Assembly: GCA_049512935.1 (NCBI GenBank)
Contig: JBEKWR010000035.1
Span: 1 to 10,645, forward strand
Origin: Candidatus Bathyarchaeia archaeon
GTDB lineage: Archaea > Thermoproteota > Bathyarchaeia > Bathyarchaeales > Bathycorpusculaceae
Direction: 5' to 3'
DNA: 10,645 bases
Shown: positions 1 to 7,526 of the stretch, in pieces
How positions within the stretch are numbered: position 1 is the first letter of the stretch
Layout: each line of letters opens with the position of its first letter
Notes under the pieces: generated by a model
The model's database searches: none
Told to the model about the DNA's origin: nothing
What the model saw: only the letters and a program-made list of their open reading frames with translations
Position numbers and translations under genes: made by a program

Positions 1-1
1 G

Positions 2-1021
2 CAAACACTTTTTGTTGGACCCGTGGCTTCGTTGGATTCGATAATGCAGCTTGGCACCAACGGCGGCGGATTCTTCGGTGCGAACGCCGCGTACCCCTAC
101 ATGAACCCCTCCCCAATTTCAAACATCCTTCTCATTTCACTGATGCTTCTGCTTCCCACGGCGTTGATCTTCGTTTTCGGGCAAATGATTGGCAAGAAAA
201 CTGAGTCCAGACCTCTCCTTTGGGGCGCCTACATTCTCTTCGGCGTAAATTTAATTATAGCATTTATCCCAGCGCTTCCCTTAGTGGCTCCGGGCATAGA
301 AGTTCGGTTCGGCGGCTTCATGTCCAGCTTCTACACCGTAACAACAACCGTCGCCACGACAGGCTCATTAAACTCGGCGCTGCTGGGAAATCATCCCCTG
401 ACGGTTCTTGCCGGGTTCTTGGGCATGTTTATCCAGTCGATTCCAGGCGGCAAAGGCGTCGGCTTGATGTACATGGTCATGTTCATCATAATAACCGTCT
501 TTATCGTGGGACTCATGTCGGGAAGAACGCCTGAATATTTAAATATGAAAATCACGGGACGCGACGTCAAACTGGTCATGATCGCGTTTCTGATTCACCC
601 CATCATCATACTTGTACCAACCGTCGTAGCCTATGCCAGCGGCGCGGTAAGCGCCATCGGAGTAAGCGGCAGCTCTGTTGGTTACACGCAGGTCCTCTAC
701 GAATTCACCAGCGCAGCAGCCAACAACGGCTCAGACTTCTTAGGCGCCTCAGCGAACACGCCCTTCTTCAACATAGCAACCGCCATCGTGATGCTCGTCG
801 GACGCTTCGCTCCCATAGCCATACTGCTGGCGCTGTCCGGGTCGATGATTGGCAGAAAACGCGGCGGAACAACTTCAGGACTTAAGACTGACACGTTGAT
901 ATTCACAATAGTTTTGATTGCCGCAATCATAATTCTGGTAGTTTTGACTTTCTTCCCGTTCCTGGTAATCGGACCAATAGCATCATACTTTAAAGGATTG
1001 GTGAACGGATTTGGTCATTGA
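2..1021 (+). CDS. kdpA: Potassium-transporting ATPase subunit KdpA, C-terminal part (5' end outside window)
   Basis: Frame is open from position 2 (QTLFVGPVAS...), so GTG at 23 is internal. Contains GPVAS..I..LGTNGGGFFGAN (filter), E.RFG, GLM.GRTPEYL..KI, LYEFTSAAANNGS (filter) and GRF, with multiple TM helices. Directly upstream of kdpB. Confidence 0.97.
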   Translation, partial: QTLFVGPVASLDSIMQLGTNGGGFFGANAAYPYMNPSPISNILLISLMLLLPTALIFVFGQMIGKKTESRPLLWGAYILFGVNLIIAFIPALPLVAPGIEVRFGGFMSSFYTVTTTVATTGSLNSALLGNHPLTVLAGFLGMFIQSIPGGKGVGLMYMVMFIIITVFIVGLMSGRTPEYLNMKITGRDVKLVMIAFLIHPIIILVPTVVAYASGAVSAIGVSGSSVGYTQVLYEFTSAAANNGSDFLGASANTPFFNIATAIVMLVGRFAPIAILLALSGSMIGRKRGGTTSGLKTDTLIFTIVLIAAIIILVVLTFFPFLVIGPIASYFKGLVNGFGH

Positions 1022-3188
1022 AAACCCTGCAGAGTCAAAAAAGACCAAAGATTCGTCGCCAGGAGGAATGCGGGCGGCGTTCTCGGGTAAAGTTCTAGTT
1101 GACTCTGTCGTTCGCTTGAACCCTAAGTCCTTGCTTAAGAACCCAGTCATGTTCATCGTCGAAGTTACATTCTACATTGTAGCAGCGATGGCTATAGACC
1201 CAAAGGCGTTCGTGCCTGTAGCTACCCCTAGCCTGCAACTCTTCTACATTGAAGTCGCCATAATCTTGCTCATCACCGTCTGGTTTAGCACACTCTCTGA
1301 CGCGCTTGCGGAGCAACAGGCAAAAAGCACTGCTGGAAGCCTCAGAAAACTGGAAACCGAGGTGCCGAGCAAGAAAATAGTGAGAGAGGAATGGACGAGG
1401 AAAATAATCAATGTGAAATCAACAGACCTCAGAAAAGACGATCTGGTTCAGATTGAAGCGGGCGACGTTGTTCCGTTGGACGCTGACGTGATCGAGGGGA
1501 TCGCGATGGTTGATGAGTCACTGGTCACAGGCGAGTCTGCCCCAGTCAGGAAAGCGCCTGGTGACTCGCTTATCGGAGGCTCAAAGGTTGTCAGCGACAG
1601 CCTGACGGCTAAGGTCACAACTAACCCTGGCGAAACCTTCATTGACCAGATGATAAAGATGGTGGAATCTTCCAAAAGGCCGAAGACTCCGAACGAGGTT
1701 GCGATAACCATCGTTCTTATCGGGTTAACCGCCATATTCACCATAATCATAGTTGCACTGCTTGGCACATCGGTGACTCTTGGGCTCGGCGCCGACCTCT
1801 CCGTGCTCATCGCCCTTTACGTTTGCCTCCTCCCAACAACCATTGGCGCCCTGCTTCCAGCCATCGGGCTCTCCGGCATGTCCCGACTGTACAAAAGCAA
1901 AATAATTGCTAAGTCAGGAAAAGCCATTGAAACCGCAGGAGACGCCGACGTTGTTCTGCTTGACAAGACAGGCACAATCACTGTTGGCAACAGACAAGCC
2001 ATAGAGTTTGTCCCGTTCGAACGCTACACCGAAGAAGACGTTGGCGAAGCAGCGTTTCTGTCCTCATGGCACGACGACACCCCCGAGGGACGCAGCATCC
2101 TGAAGCTCGCCTACGAAAAAGGCTTCGTGCCCAAAGAACTAAACTCACTCGCAACCTCAGAAGTTTACCAGTTCTCAGCTACAACCCGTACCAGCGGAGT
2201 AAAAATAACACATGCAGGTCTCACGCTGCCCAAAGGCGGCAAAGGCATGGGAGAGCGGACAAGAATGAGAAGAAAAACCTCAGCAGTAGGAGGGGAAGCG
2301 GAGACTGCGATGCTTGAGCCAGAAATTGAGCTAATGAAAGGGGCGCCTGAATCTATCAAACAGCAATCAGACTGCGTCCCAACAGACTTCGACTACGTGG
2401 TAAACGGCATCTCAGCGGCTGGAGAAACACCCATAGCCGTATCCAGAAACGGGCTGGTAATTGGAATAATCAGGTTGAAGGACGTCCTTAAAGAAGGCAT
2501 CAAAGAGAAAATACAAGCCCTCAAAATCATGGGAATCCGCCCCGTCATGATTACAGGCGACCAGCCGCTCACCGCGAAAAGCATAGCGGCGGAAGTTGGA
2601 ATCGACGAATACGTTGCTCAAGCCAAACCTGAAGACAAGTACAGGCTAGCGAAGAGGGAACAGGCTGAAAACAGAATCGTCGCCATGATCGGTGACGGAA
2701 CCAACGATGCACCCGCTTTAGCGGCGGCAGATGTTGGTTTAGCCATGAACTCAGGAACTGAAGCGGCAAAAGAAGCAGCGAACATGGTTGACTTAGAATC
2801 TAACCCAGCAAAGATAATCGACGTTGTCATGCTTGGAAAGCAACTTCTGATGACGAGAGGCGCGGTCACGGCTTTCAGCATCGCCAACGACGTGTCAAAG
2901 TACTTCGCAATCATGCCTGTCATCTTTGCCACCGCCCTCCCTGAACTCAGCAGCCTCAACATCTTGCATCTGGGTCTCAAAAGCGCCGTGCTTTCAGCTC
3001 TCATCTTCAACGCGATAATCATCCCGCTTCTGATTCCCCTGGCCATGCGGGGCATAGCCTTCAAACCAACAAGCACCATGAACCTGTTTCTAAAGAACAC
3101 TCTAATCTACGGTGTAGGCGGCGTCATCGTGCCCTTCATCGGCATCAAACTAATCGACCTGCTCCTGCAAGGAGTATTTCACGTCTAG
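1011..3188 (+). CDS. kdpB: Potassium-transporting P-type ATPase subunit KdpB
   Basis: Motifs NPVMFIVE, DES.VTGESAPV, CLLPTTIG, DKTGTIT (phospho-Asp), FSA.TR.SG, KGA, MITGD, GDGTNDAPALA and TRGA.T.FSIANDVSKYFAI. TTG start with GGTGA at 1000-1004; overlaps the kdpA 3' end by 11 nt. Confidence 0.98.
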   Translation: MVIENPAESKKTKDSSPGGMRAAFSGKVLVDSVVRLNPKSLLKNPVMFIVEVTFYIVAAMAIDPKAFVPVATPSLQLFYIEVAIILLITVWFSTLSDALAEQQAKSTAGSLRKLETEVPSKKIVREEWTRKIINVKSTDLRKDDLVQIEAGDVVPLDADVIEGIAMVDESLVTGESAPVRKAPGDSLIGGSKVVSDSLTAKVTTNPGETFIDQMIKMVESSKRPKTPNEVAITIVLIGLTAIFTIIIVALLGTSVTLGLGADLSVLIALYVCLLPTTIGALLPAIGLSGMSRLYKSKIIAKSGKAIETAGDADVVLLDKTGTITVGNRQAIEFVPFERYTEEDVGEAAFLSSWHDDTPEGRSILKLAYEKGFVPKELNSLATSEVYQFSATTRTSGVKITHAGLTLPKGGKGMGERTRMRRKTSAVGGEAETAMLEPEIELMKGAPESIKQQSDCVPTDFDYVVNGISAAGETPIAVSRNGLVIGIIRLKDVLKEGIKEKIQALKIMGIRPVMITGDQPLTAKSIAAEVGIDEYVAQAKPEDKYRLAKREQAENRIVAMIGDGTNDAPALAAADVGLAMNSGTEAAKEAANMVDLESNPAKIIDVVMLGKQLLMTRGAVTAFSIANDVSKYFAIMPVIFATALPELSSLNILHLGLKSAVLSALIFNAIIIPLLIPLAMRGIAFKPTSTMNLFLKNTLIYGVGGVIVPFIGIKLIDLLLQGVFHV

Positions 3189-3200
3189 GAGAAAAATGAC

Positions 3201-3686
3201 ATGACTGAACAACAAAATGGAAACTGGAAAAAATGGAACTTCAAGCCAATCATCGGGTTAACACTGGTTTCGCTGCTAATCTGCGGCATACTTTACCCGT
3301 TTCTGATGACAGGCATAGGACAAGCCTTCTTCCCTAACCAAGCGAACGGAGATCTTGCTAAACTTCCCAACGGGCAAGTCGTCGGGTCAAACCTCATAGC
3401 GCAAAACTTCACCCTGCCCATCTTCTTCCAAACAAGAAACGAAACCTCCGACCCATCAGCCTCAGGCGTTGACCCAGACATCACGCTTCAGATGGCCTAT
3501 TCGCAGGTTCCTGGAATCAGCAACGCAACAGGGATTCCCGCTGCCGCATTAACAAGCATCGTTAATCAGAACAAACAGGGAACGCTTTGGATTTTCGGCA
3601 GCCCCTACGTTGATGTTCTGCAGCTTAATCTGCAGCTGATCAAAGATTACCCGTCTGTTTACGCCAATTTCACTTCGAACGGCTAG
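3201..3686 (+). CDS. kdpC: Potassium-transporting ATPase subunit KdpC (short form)
   Basis: Single N-terminal TM, YP...TGIGQ..FP.QANG, VVGS.LIAQ.F, SASG.DPDIT, G.PYV.VL.LNL.L. AGGAG RBS at 3187-3191; 12 nt after the kdpB stop. Confidence 0.95.
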   Translation: MTEQQNGNWKKWNFKPIIGLTLVSLLICGILYPFLMTGIGQAFFPNQANGDLAKLPNGQVVGSNLIAQNFTLPIFFQTRNETSDPSASGVDPDITLQMAYSQVPGISNATGIPAAALTSIVNQNKQGTLWIFGSPYVDVLQLNLQLIKDYPSVYANFTSNG

Positions 3687-3811
3687 ATTTCATGGTAAAC
3701 CTGCGGGTATTGGGTGCTAGGATGTTGGCGCTTGCTATTTTTACGTATGTCCAATCATAAAAGATAATGCTGTGCAATTGTCTTGCTTTGCATAAAAGTG
3801 CTGTCCGTATG

Positions 3812-3828
3812 ACAAGCAAAGTATAAAT
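3812..3828 (+). promoter_or_regulatory. Putative archaeal BRE/TATA promoter of the 3863 gene
   Basis: Purine-rich ACAAGCAAAG followed by TATAAAT (3822-3828), ~35 nt upstream of ATG 3863. Confidence 0.5.
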
Positions 3829-3862
3829 ATGCCCTACTCATGTTCAGTATGGCAAGACCCAT

Positions 3863-4156
3863 ATGCCAAGACTACTAGCGTTCGTAGACATATTTGTAGA
3901 ATCCCCAGAAATGGACAGCGTCCTGATCTCCCTCGCCGAGTTGGACCATCTTGAAGAGCTGTACGAAGTCACAGGGGAATTTGACATCGTAACCATGGTG
4001 TCAGCCGCAGACATAGAAGAATTTCGAGAAATCCTCAAGAACAAAATCATGAAGATAAAAGGCGTAAAAAGCACCGTCAGCTCCATCGTTCTCAAGGCTC
4101 ACAAAGGGCCAAAATGCCTGGACGAAAACGTTCCAGCCCCAGCCGCTTCACCATAG
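3863..4156 (+). CDS. Stand-alone Lrp/AsnC ligand-binding (RAM) domain protein, no HTH
   Basis: AFVDI.V...E.YEVTGEFDIV..V.A.D......IL...I.KI.GV.ST.SSIVL is the AsnC C-terminal domain pattern; 97 aa leaves no room for an HTH. Confidence 0.9.
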   Translation: MPRLLAFVDIFVESPEMDSVLISLAELDHLEELYEVTGEFDIVTMVSAADIEEFREILKNKIMKIKGVKSTVSSIVLKAHKGPKCLDENVPAPAASP

Positions 4157-4205
4157 AAAGCTCAAAAAGCCAAAGTTTTCCTCAAATCACCTAATCATAG
4201 GCAAA

Positions 4206-4232
4206 TTTCTTTTAATTTAAAAAAACAAAGAA
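4206..4232. terminator. Probable bidirectional oligo-T terminator region between convergent RAM genes
   Basis: TTTCTTTTAATTT on + (4206-4218) abuts A7 (4219-4225, i.e. T7 on -), between stops at 4156 (+) and 4266 (-). Confidence 0.5.
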
Positions 4233-4265
4233 TGTTTTGGGTTTTTCGTACGCGTCGTTTTGGGG

Positions 4266-4502
4266 CTACATGGGTGCGAGTACGATTGATGTTTCTGTGC
4301 GGATGACGTTTGGGTCTTTTTCGATTATTCTGTAAACAACTTGGTTTATTTCTTCAAGCGCCGGGGCTTCTAGGACCACGATTGCGTCGTATCGACCGAA
4401 TATGGCGTCGGCGGTGATGGTTTCTTTGACTTTTTCTTTTAGCCTTTTAACGACTTCCAGGGATGTGCCTGGTTTAGTGCTTAGGAGTATGTAGGCTTTC
4501 AA
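4266..4502 (-). CDS. Stand-alone Lrp/AsnC ligand-binding (RAM) domain protein, no HTH
   Basis: KAYILL...PG....V...L......A.AIFGRYDAIV.LEA......V...I...PNV.RTETSIVL. TTG start with GAGGT RBS; TTTATAT box on - strand at 4547-4553. Confidence 0.88.
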   Translation of the reverse strand: MKAYILLSTKPGTSLEVVKRLKEKVKETITADAIFGRYDAIVVLEAPALEEINQVVYRIIEKDPNVIRTETSIVLAPM

Positions 4503-4546
4503 TTCTTTTTACCTCTTTATTCCTGAAGATAACTGTGCGTTATCCC

Positions 4547-4625
4547 ATATAAATTTTCTGCTTGAATTTAGACGCCTGTTTAGCTTTTATGAAAAATTAT
4601 GAACAAATCATAAGCATATTTATAT
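4547..4625. promoter_or_regulatory. Divergent promoter pair with an intervening inverted repeat
   Basis: TTTATAT on - (4553-4547) and TTTATAT on + (4619-4625) flank TTATGA-N5-TCATAA (4597-4613) and an extra TTATGA at 4587-4592. Confidence 0.5.
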
Positions 4626-4668
4626 TTAGCTGCGCAGGTAACTAATTATAAACTGGAACGGTGAAAAC

Positions 4669-4773
4669 ATGTTTGGAATAATCGATTTAGCTTCAATAGC
4701 CGCAATATTCGGCTCAGTAGGCTTTGTACTATACAGCATCAGATTAGAACTGAGAACAAACCCCGTCAACTAA
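4669..4773 (+). CDS. 34-aa single-transmembrane micro-protein (MFGIIDLASIAAIFGSVGFVLYSIRLELRTNPVN)
   Basis: Read by hand (shorter than any ORF in the track). ATG preceded by GGTGA (4660-4664) and a TATA box at 4619-4625; hydrophobic stretch followed by a charged tail; lies in an otherwise empty 417-nt gap. Confidence 0.6.
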   Translation: MFGIIDLASIAAIFGSVGFVLYSIRLELRTNPVN

Positions 4774-4919
4774 AAGCAACAACCCCGCAATTTACCGGCG
4801 TCTAAAGCCTTGCAATTGTAAATTATTTGCACCGTTTGCAGAAAGGAAAAATAGTTGATGTGGTTAAATACCTTGATGTTATGAACCTAAAACACGCACC
4901 TTCAAGCAGGGTGGAATAG

Positions 4920-5183
4920 TTGCCGCATCTTCACGCCTTTGTCGATATCTTCGTTGAGTCCTCACTTATGGACGATGTTGTTGAAACTCTTTTAAAAATG
5001 GACAACGTTGAGGAGCTTCATGAAGTGACGGGAGAAATGGACCTAGTGGCGCTCGTTTCAGCCGCTGATATCGAGGAGTTCAGGGACATTTTGAACAACA
5101 AGATCCTTAAAATTCACGGAGTAAAGGGCACTGTTACATCAATCGTCTTGCAAGCGCATAAAGGCCCCAAATGCAGAGACTAA
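4920..5183 (+). CDS. Stand-alone Lrp/AsnC (RAM) domain protein, paralog of 3863..4156
   Basis: 61/87 residues identical to the 3863 product by ungapped manual alignment. TTG start with GGGTGG RBS. Confidence 0.9.
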   Translation: MPHLHAFVDIFVESSLMDDVVETLLKMDNVEELHEVTGEMDLVALVSAADIEEFRDILNNKILKIHGVKGTVTSIVLQAHKGPKCRD

Positions 5184-5194
5184 CCCTTTTCAGG

Positions 5195-5650
5195 TTAAAG
5201 GTCGTCTGCTTGAAGGACTTGTTTGCTTCTCGTTTCTATGAATGAAACTATCTTGGTTTCACAGAACTCCTTGTTTTCTTCTTGCAAGATGAGCAGTTCA
5301 CGGATTTTCTTGAGGAGTTCTTCAACGTCAACGGGTTTTATCATGAAAGCGTCGGCATGCTGGTTCACGGCGTCTATAGCGTTATTCATGGATGGATAGC
5401 CTGTGAGCATTATTTTTGCCATCTTCGGCGTTGTCTCTTTCAACTGAGTTATGAGCACTGTCCCATCAATGTCCGGCAGACGCCAATCAACAATTGCGAG
5501 GTTGTAGAAGTTGGCAAAGGATTTTTCAACGGCTTCCTTCCCATTCTCAGCCGTATCTACTTCATAGCCTTCTTCCTGAAGAACAATCGCCAACGTTTGC
5601 CGAATGTTTTTGTCATCATCGATTAACAGTATTCTTGCGTTACCCTTCAT
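5195..5650 (-). CDS. Stand-alone response regulator receiver (REC) protein with short C-terminal tail
   Basis: ILLIDDD, phospho-acceptor D in IVDWRLPDIDG, MLTG, FMIKP; no output domain. Confidence 0.93.
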   Translation of the reverse strand: MKGNARILLIDDDKNIRQTLAIVLQEEGYEVDTAENGKEAVEKSFANFYNLAIVDWRLPDIDGTVLITQLKETTPKMAKIMLTGYPSMNNAIDAVNQHADAFMIKPVDVEELLKKIRELLILQEENKEFCETKIVSFIETRSKQVLQADDL

Positions 5651-5899
5651 AATTAAACCATCAAATTGGAAATGTTAAAATCAATATATATCATGTATGA
5701 AACTCAACTACAGACTCTCAGTTCATAGTTCAGCTTCACAATACGTTTCAGACGTGATGAACGGCGCAGAGCATGATGCCGCCGAACCTTTGATCTTGGA
5801 GCCGTTTGTTTTTGAGTTGTACAGTGATTTTTGTGAACCCTCAATGAATAAGGTTTATTAATACTTACTACACACGAATTTGCAAAGGAAGAAACCCAA

Positions 5900-6358
5900 T
5901 TGAAAACCAAAAAAGCACCCATTATCGCAATAGCGGCGTTAGTTTCAATAGGAATCGTTCTCGCCGTCCTATCCCAAGGTTTACTCGCTTCCCAACAAGC
6001 CATTCCAAGCAGCGGGACAGTCGGCGTATCTAGCACAATAAACATTGGCGTTTATACAGATGCGGCTACAACGAATAATTGCACAAGTATCAACTGGGGC
6101 ACATTAACACCAGGCACTTCCGTAAGCCAAACCGTGTACATCAAAAATACCGGCAACACGGCTGAAACGCTTAGCATGACCACCTCAAGCTGGAATCCTC
6201 CAACAGCCACTTCATATTTAAGTTTAACATGGAATGACGCAGGCACTGTTTTAGCTGCAGGCTCAGTTACACCTGCAACCCTTACCTTAACTGTTGCAGC
6301 AAACGCCGGAAGCTTAAACAGCTTCAGCTTTGACATAGTCATATCTGGATCAGCCTAA
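5900..6358 (+). CDS. Secreted beta-rich protein, TasA/CalY-like signatures (paralog 1 of 3)
   Basis: Basic N-terminus plus hydrophobic signal. SSGTV, INWG.LTPG...VYIKNTG, W.P..A..YL...WN..GT.L..G and a terminal I.I.G.A strand; colinear with 8711 and 9433 products. ORF is confident; family call is inference. Confidence 0.8.
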   Translation: MKTKKAPIIAIAALVSIGIVLAVLSQGLLASQQAIPSSGTVGVSSTINIGVYTDAATTNNCTSINWGTLTPGTSVSQTVYIKNTGNTAETLSMTTSSWNPPTATSYLSLTWNDAGTVLAAGSVTPATLTLTVAANAGSLNSFSFDIVISGSA

Positions 6359-6384
6359 CCCCTAAAACTGGAGGTTCACAATGC

Positions 6385-6397
6385 TTTTTTTTGTTTT
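6385..6397 (+). terminator. Oligo-T terminator
   Basis: T8-G-T4, 27 nt after the stop at 6358. Confidence 0.55.
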
Positions 6398-6500
6398 CAG
6401 AGCCTATCAAATCCTGCCCATAATAGAAAAGGTTATGTCTATTTCTAGAATAACAGTTAAATAATTCGGGGTCCCGCGTGAGTGCAGAAGAGGGATTGAT

Positions 6501-6944
6501 TTGCAGGCAACCGAAGAATCGTCATTAAAGTTTCAGATTCATTCTGGGAGTTACAGTGAAAAGATTGAAGCGCAAAAAGAACTAGTTGAATCGCTTAAAG
6601 CTCAATGGAAGCTTTTATGGAGCGAACGCTACAACGACAAGGTACGAGCCGAAGATGTCTCAGCCAACAACTACAATTCCTTAAGCATAGAACGAGGCAC
6701 AATCATCTATGCCAACAGGGATTTTAAGGCGCCAACTTTCAAAGAAATCCTTGAGCAGCATATGATTGCCAACCCAGATCGTTTCGTTCAACCTGACCCT
6801 CAGACTGGCGGCTGGAAAAAATTCGTAAAAACCCAAGTCAACCATCGCACGCAGGAAAACACGCGCAATTCACAATCGGCTCCCAATAAGGCAGCGAATC
6901 AACAGCCTAGAAAATGCGGACGCGGTTGGCTCCACAACTTTTAG
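6501..6944 (+). CDS. Hypothetical soluble protein
   Basis: 147-aa ORF, TTG start with GAGGGA RBS, followed by T8 (6960-6967). No recognisable motif, signal peptide or TM. Confidence 0.7.
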   Translation: MQATEESSLKFQIHSGSYSEKIEAQKELVESLKAQWKLLWSERYNDKVRAEDVSANNYNSLSIERGTIIYANRDFKAPTFKEILEQHMIANPDRFVQPDPQTGGWKKFVKTQVNHRTQENTRNSQSAPNKAANQQPRKCGRGWLHNF

Positions 6945-7526
6945 AGTTTCCGACTTACGTTTTTTTTGACCAACTTCTACGCCGATTGAAAAGCATGAGG
7001 CTTGTCATCTGACTTTTCGTTGGACGGCGGCATTTTAGTGTGGAAGATCCAGCGAATTTGTTCTTTGCGTTTTGGGTTGCTTTTTGTGGCAGAGCTTTAA
7101 AACTAGAAGCGATAGGGAACAAAAAATCACGTCAAAGACGAAAAAGAACGGTTCCCATGTCCCTTGAATAGTAAGGGCACAGGAAGTGGCACTTTAAACA
7201 AATCATCGATTATGCCTTGTTCAGTGGACAGTTTTGTTCGATTCTTTCTCTGAAAAACTCATCTAAAAGAAATACATACATGTTCAAATTAAAACAAAAG
7301 GACACACCAACAATGGAAAAATCTGTCAAAACGGGCTCGTTCAAGATAGCCATGCGCTCCATGTGTCGCTTTTCAGGGTGTCTGAATGACATGTGGAAAT
7401 TGTAGAAGCCGAAGGATTATGGATGGTTCGTTTTTCCTTAGGAAGCGCTTGGATGTAAGAAGGCTTTTATTGGGAGTAAACATTCCTGCAGATAATTTAA
7501 CTGATAAAAGAGAAGGGGGATATAAC

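Noticed and set aside
220-3484. Alternative-frame and antisense ORFs inside kdpABC (e.g. 220-534, 1448-1810, 2618-3100)
   Set aside because: Fully overlap well-supported kdp genes and have no motifs; they are shadow ORFs.
5195-5650. Calling the receiver protein KdpE
   Set aside because: No winged-helix DNA-binding domain, opposite strand to kdp, and no KdpD in the window.
5900-5990. Class III (type IV pilin/archaellin) signal peptides on the three paralogs
   Set aside because: No consistent [KR][GA]-cleavage site with +5 Glu across paralogs; N-termini fit Sec/SPI-type signals better.
7152-7185. Bulged hairpin TTCC..CCCTT/AAGGG..GGAA as a riboswitch
   Set aside because: Short imperfect stem ~340 nt from the next start; no recognisable aptamer consensus.
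7386-7526. 47-codon N-terminal extension of the TED-like ORF
   Set aside because: RBS and signal peptide both point to ATG 7527; the extension has no clear RBS and would bury the signal.
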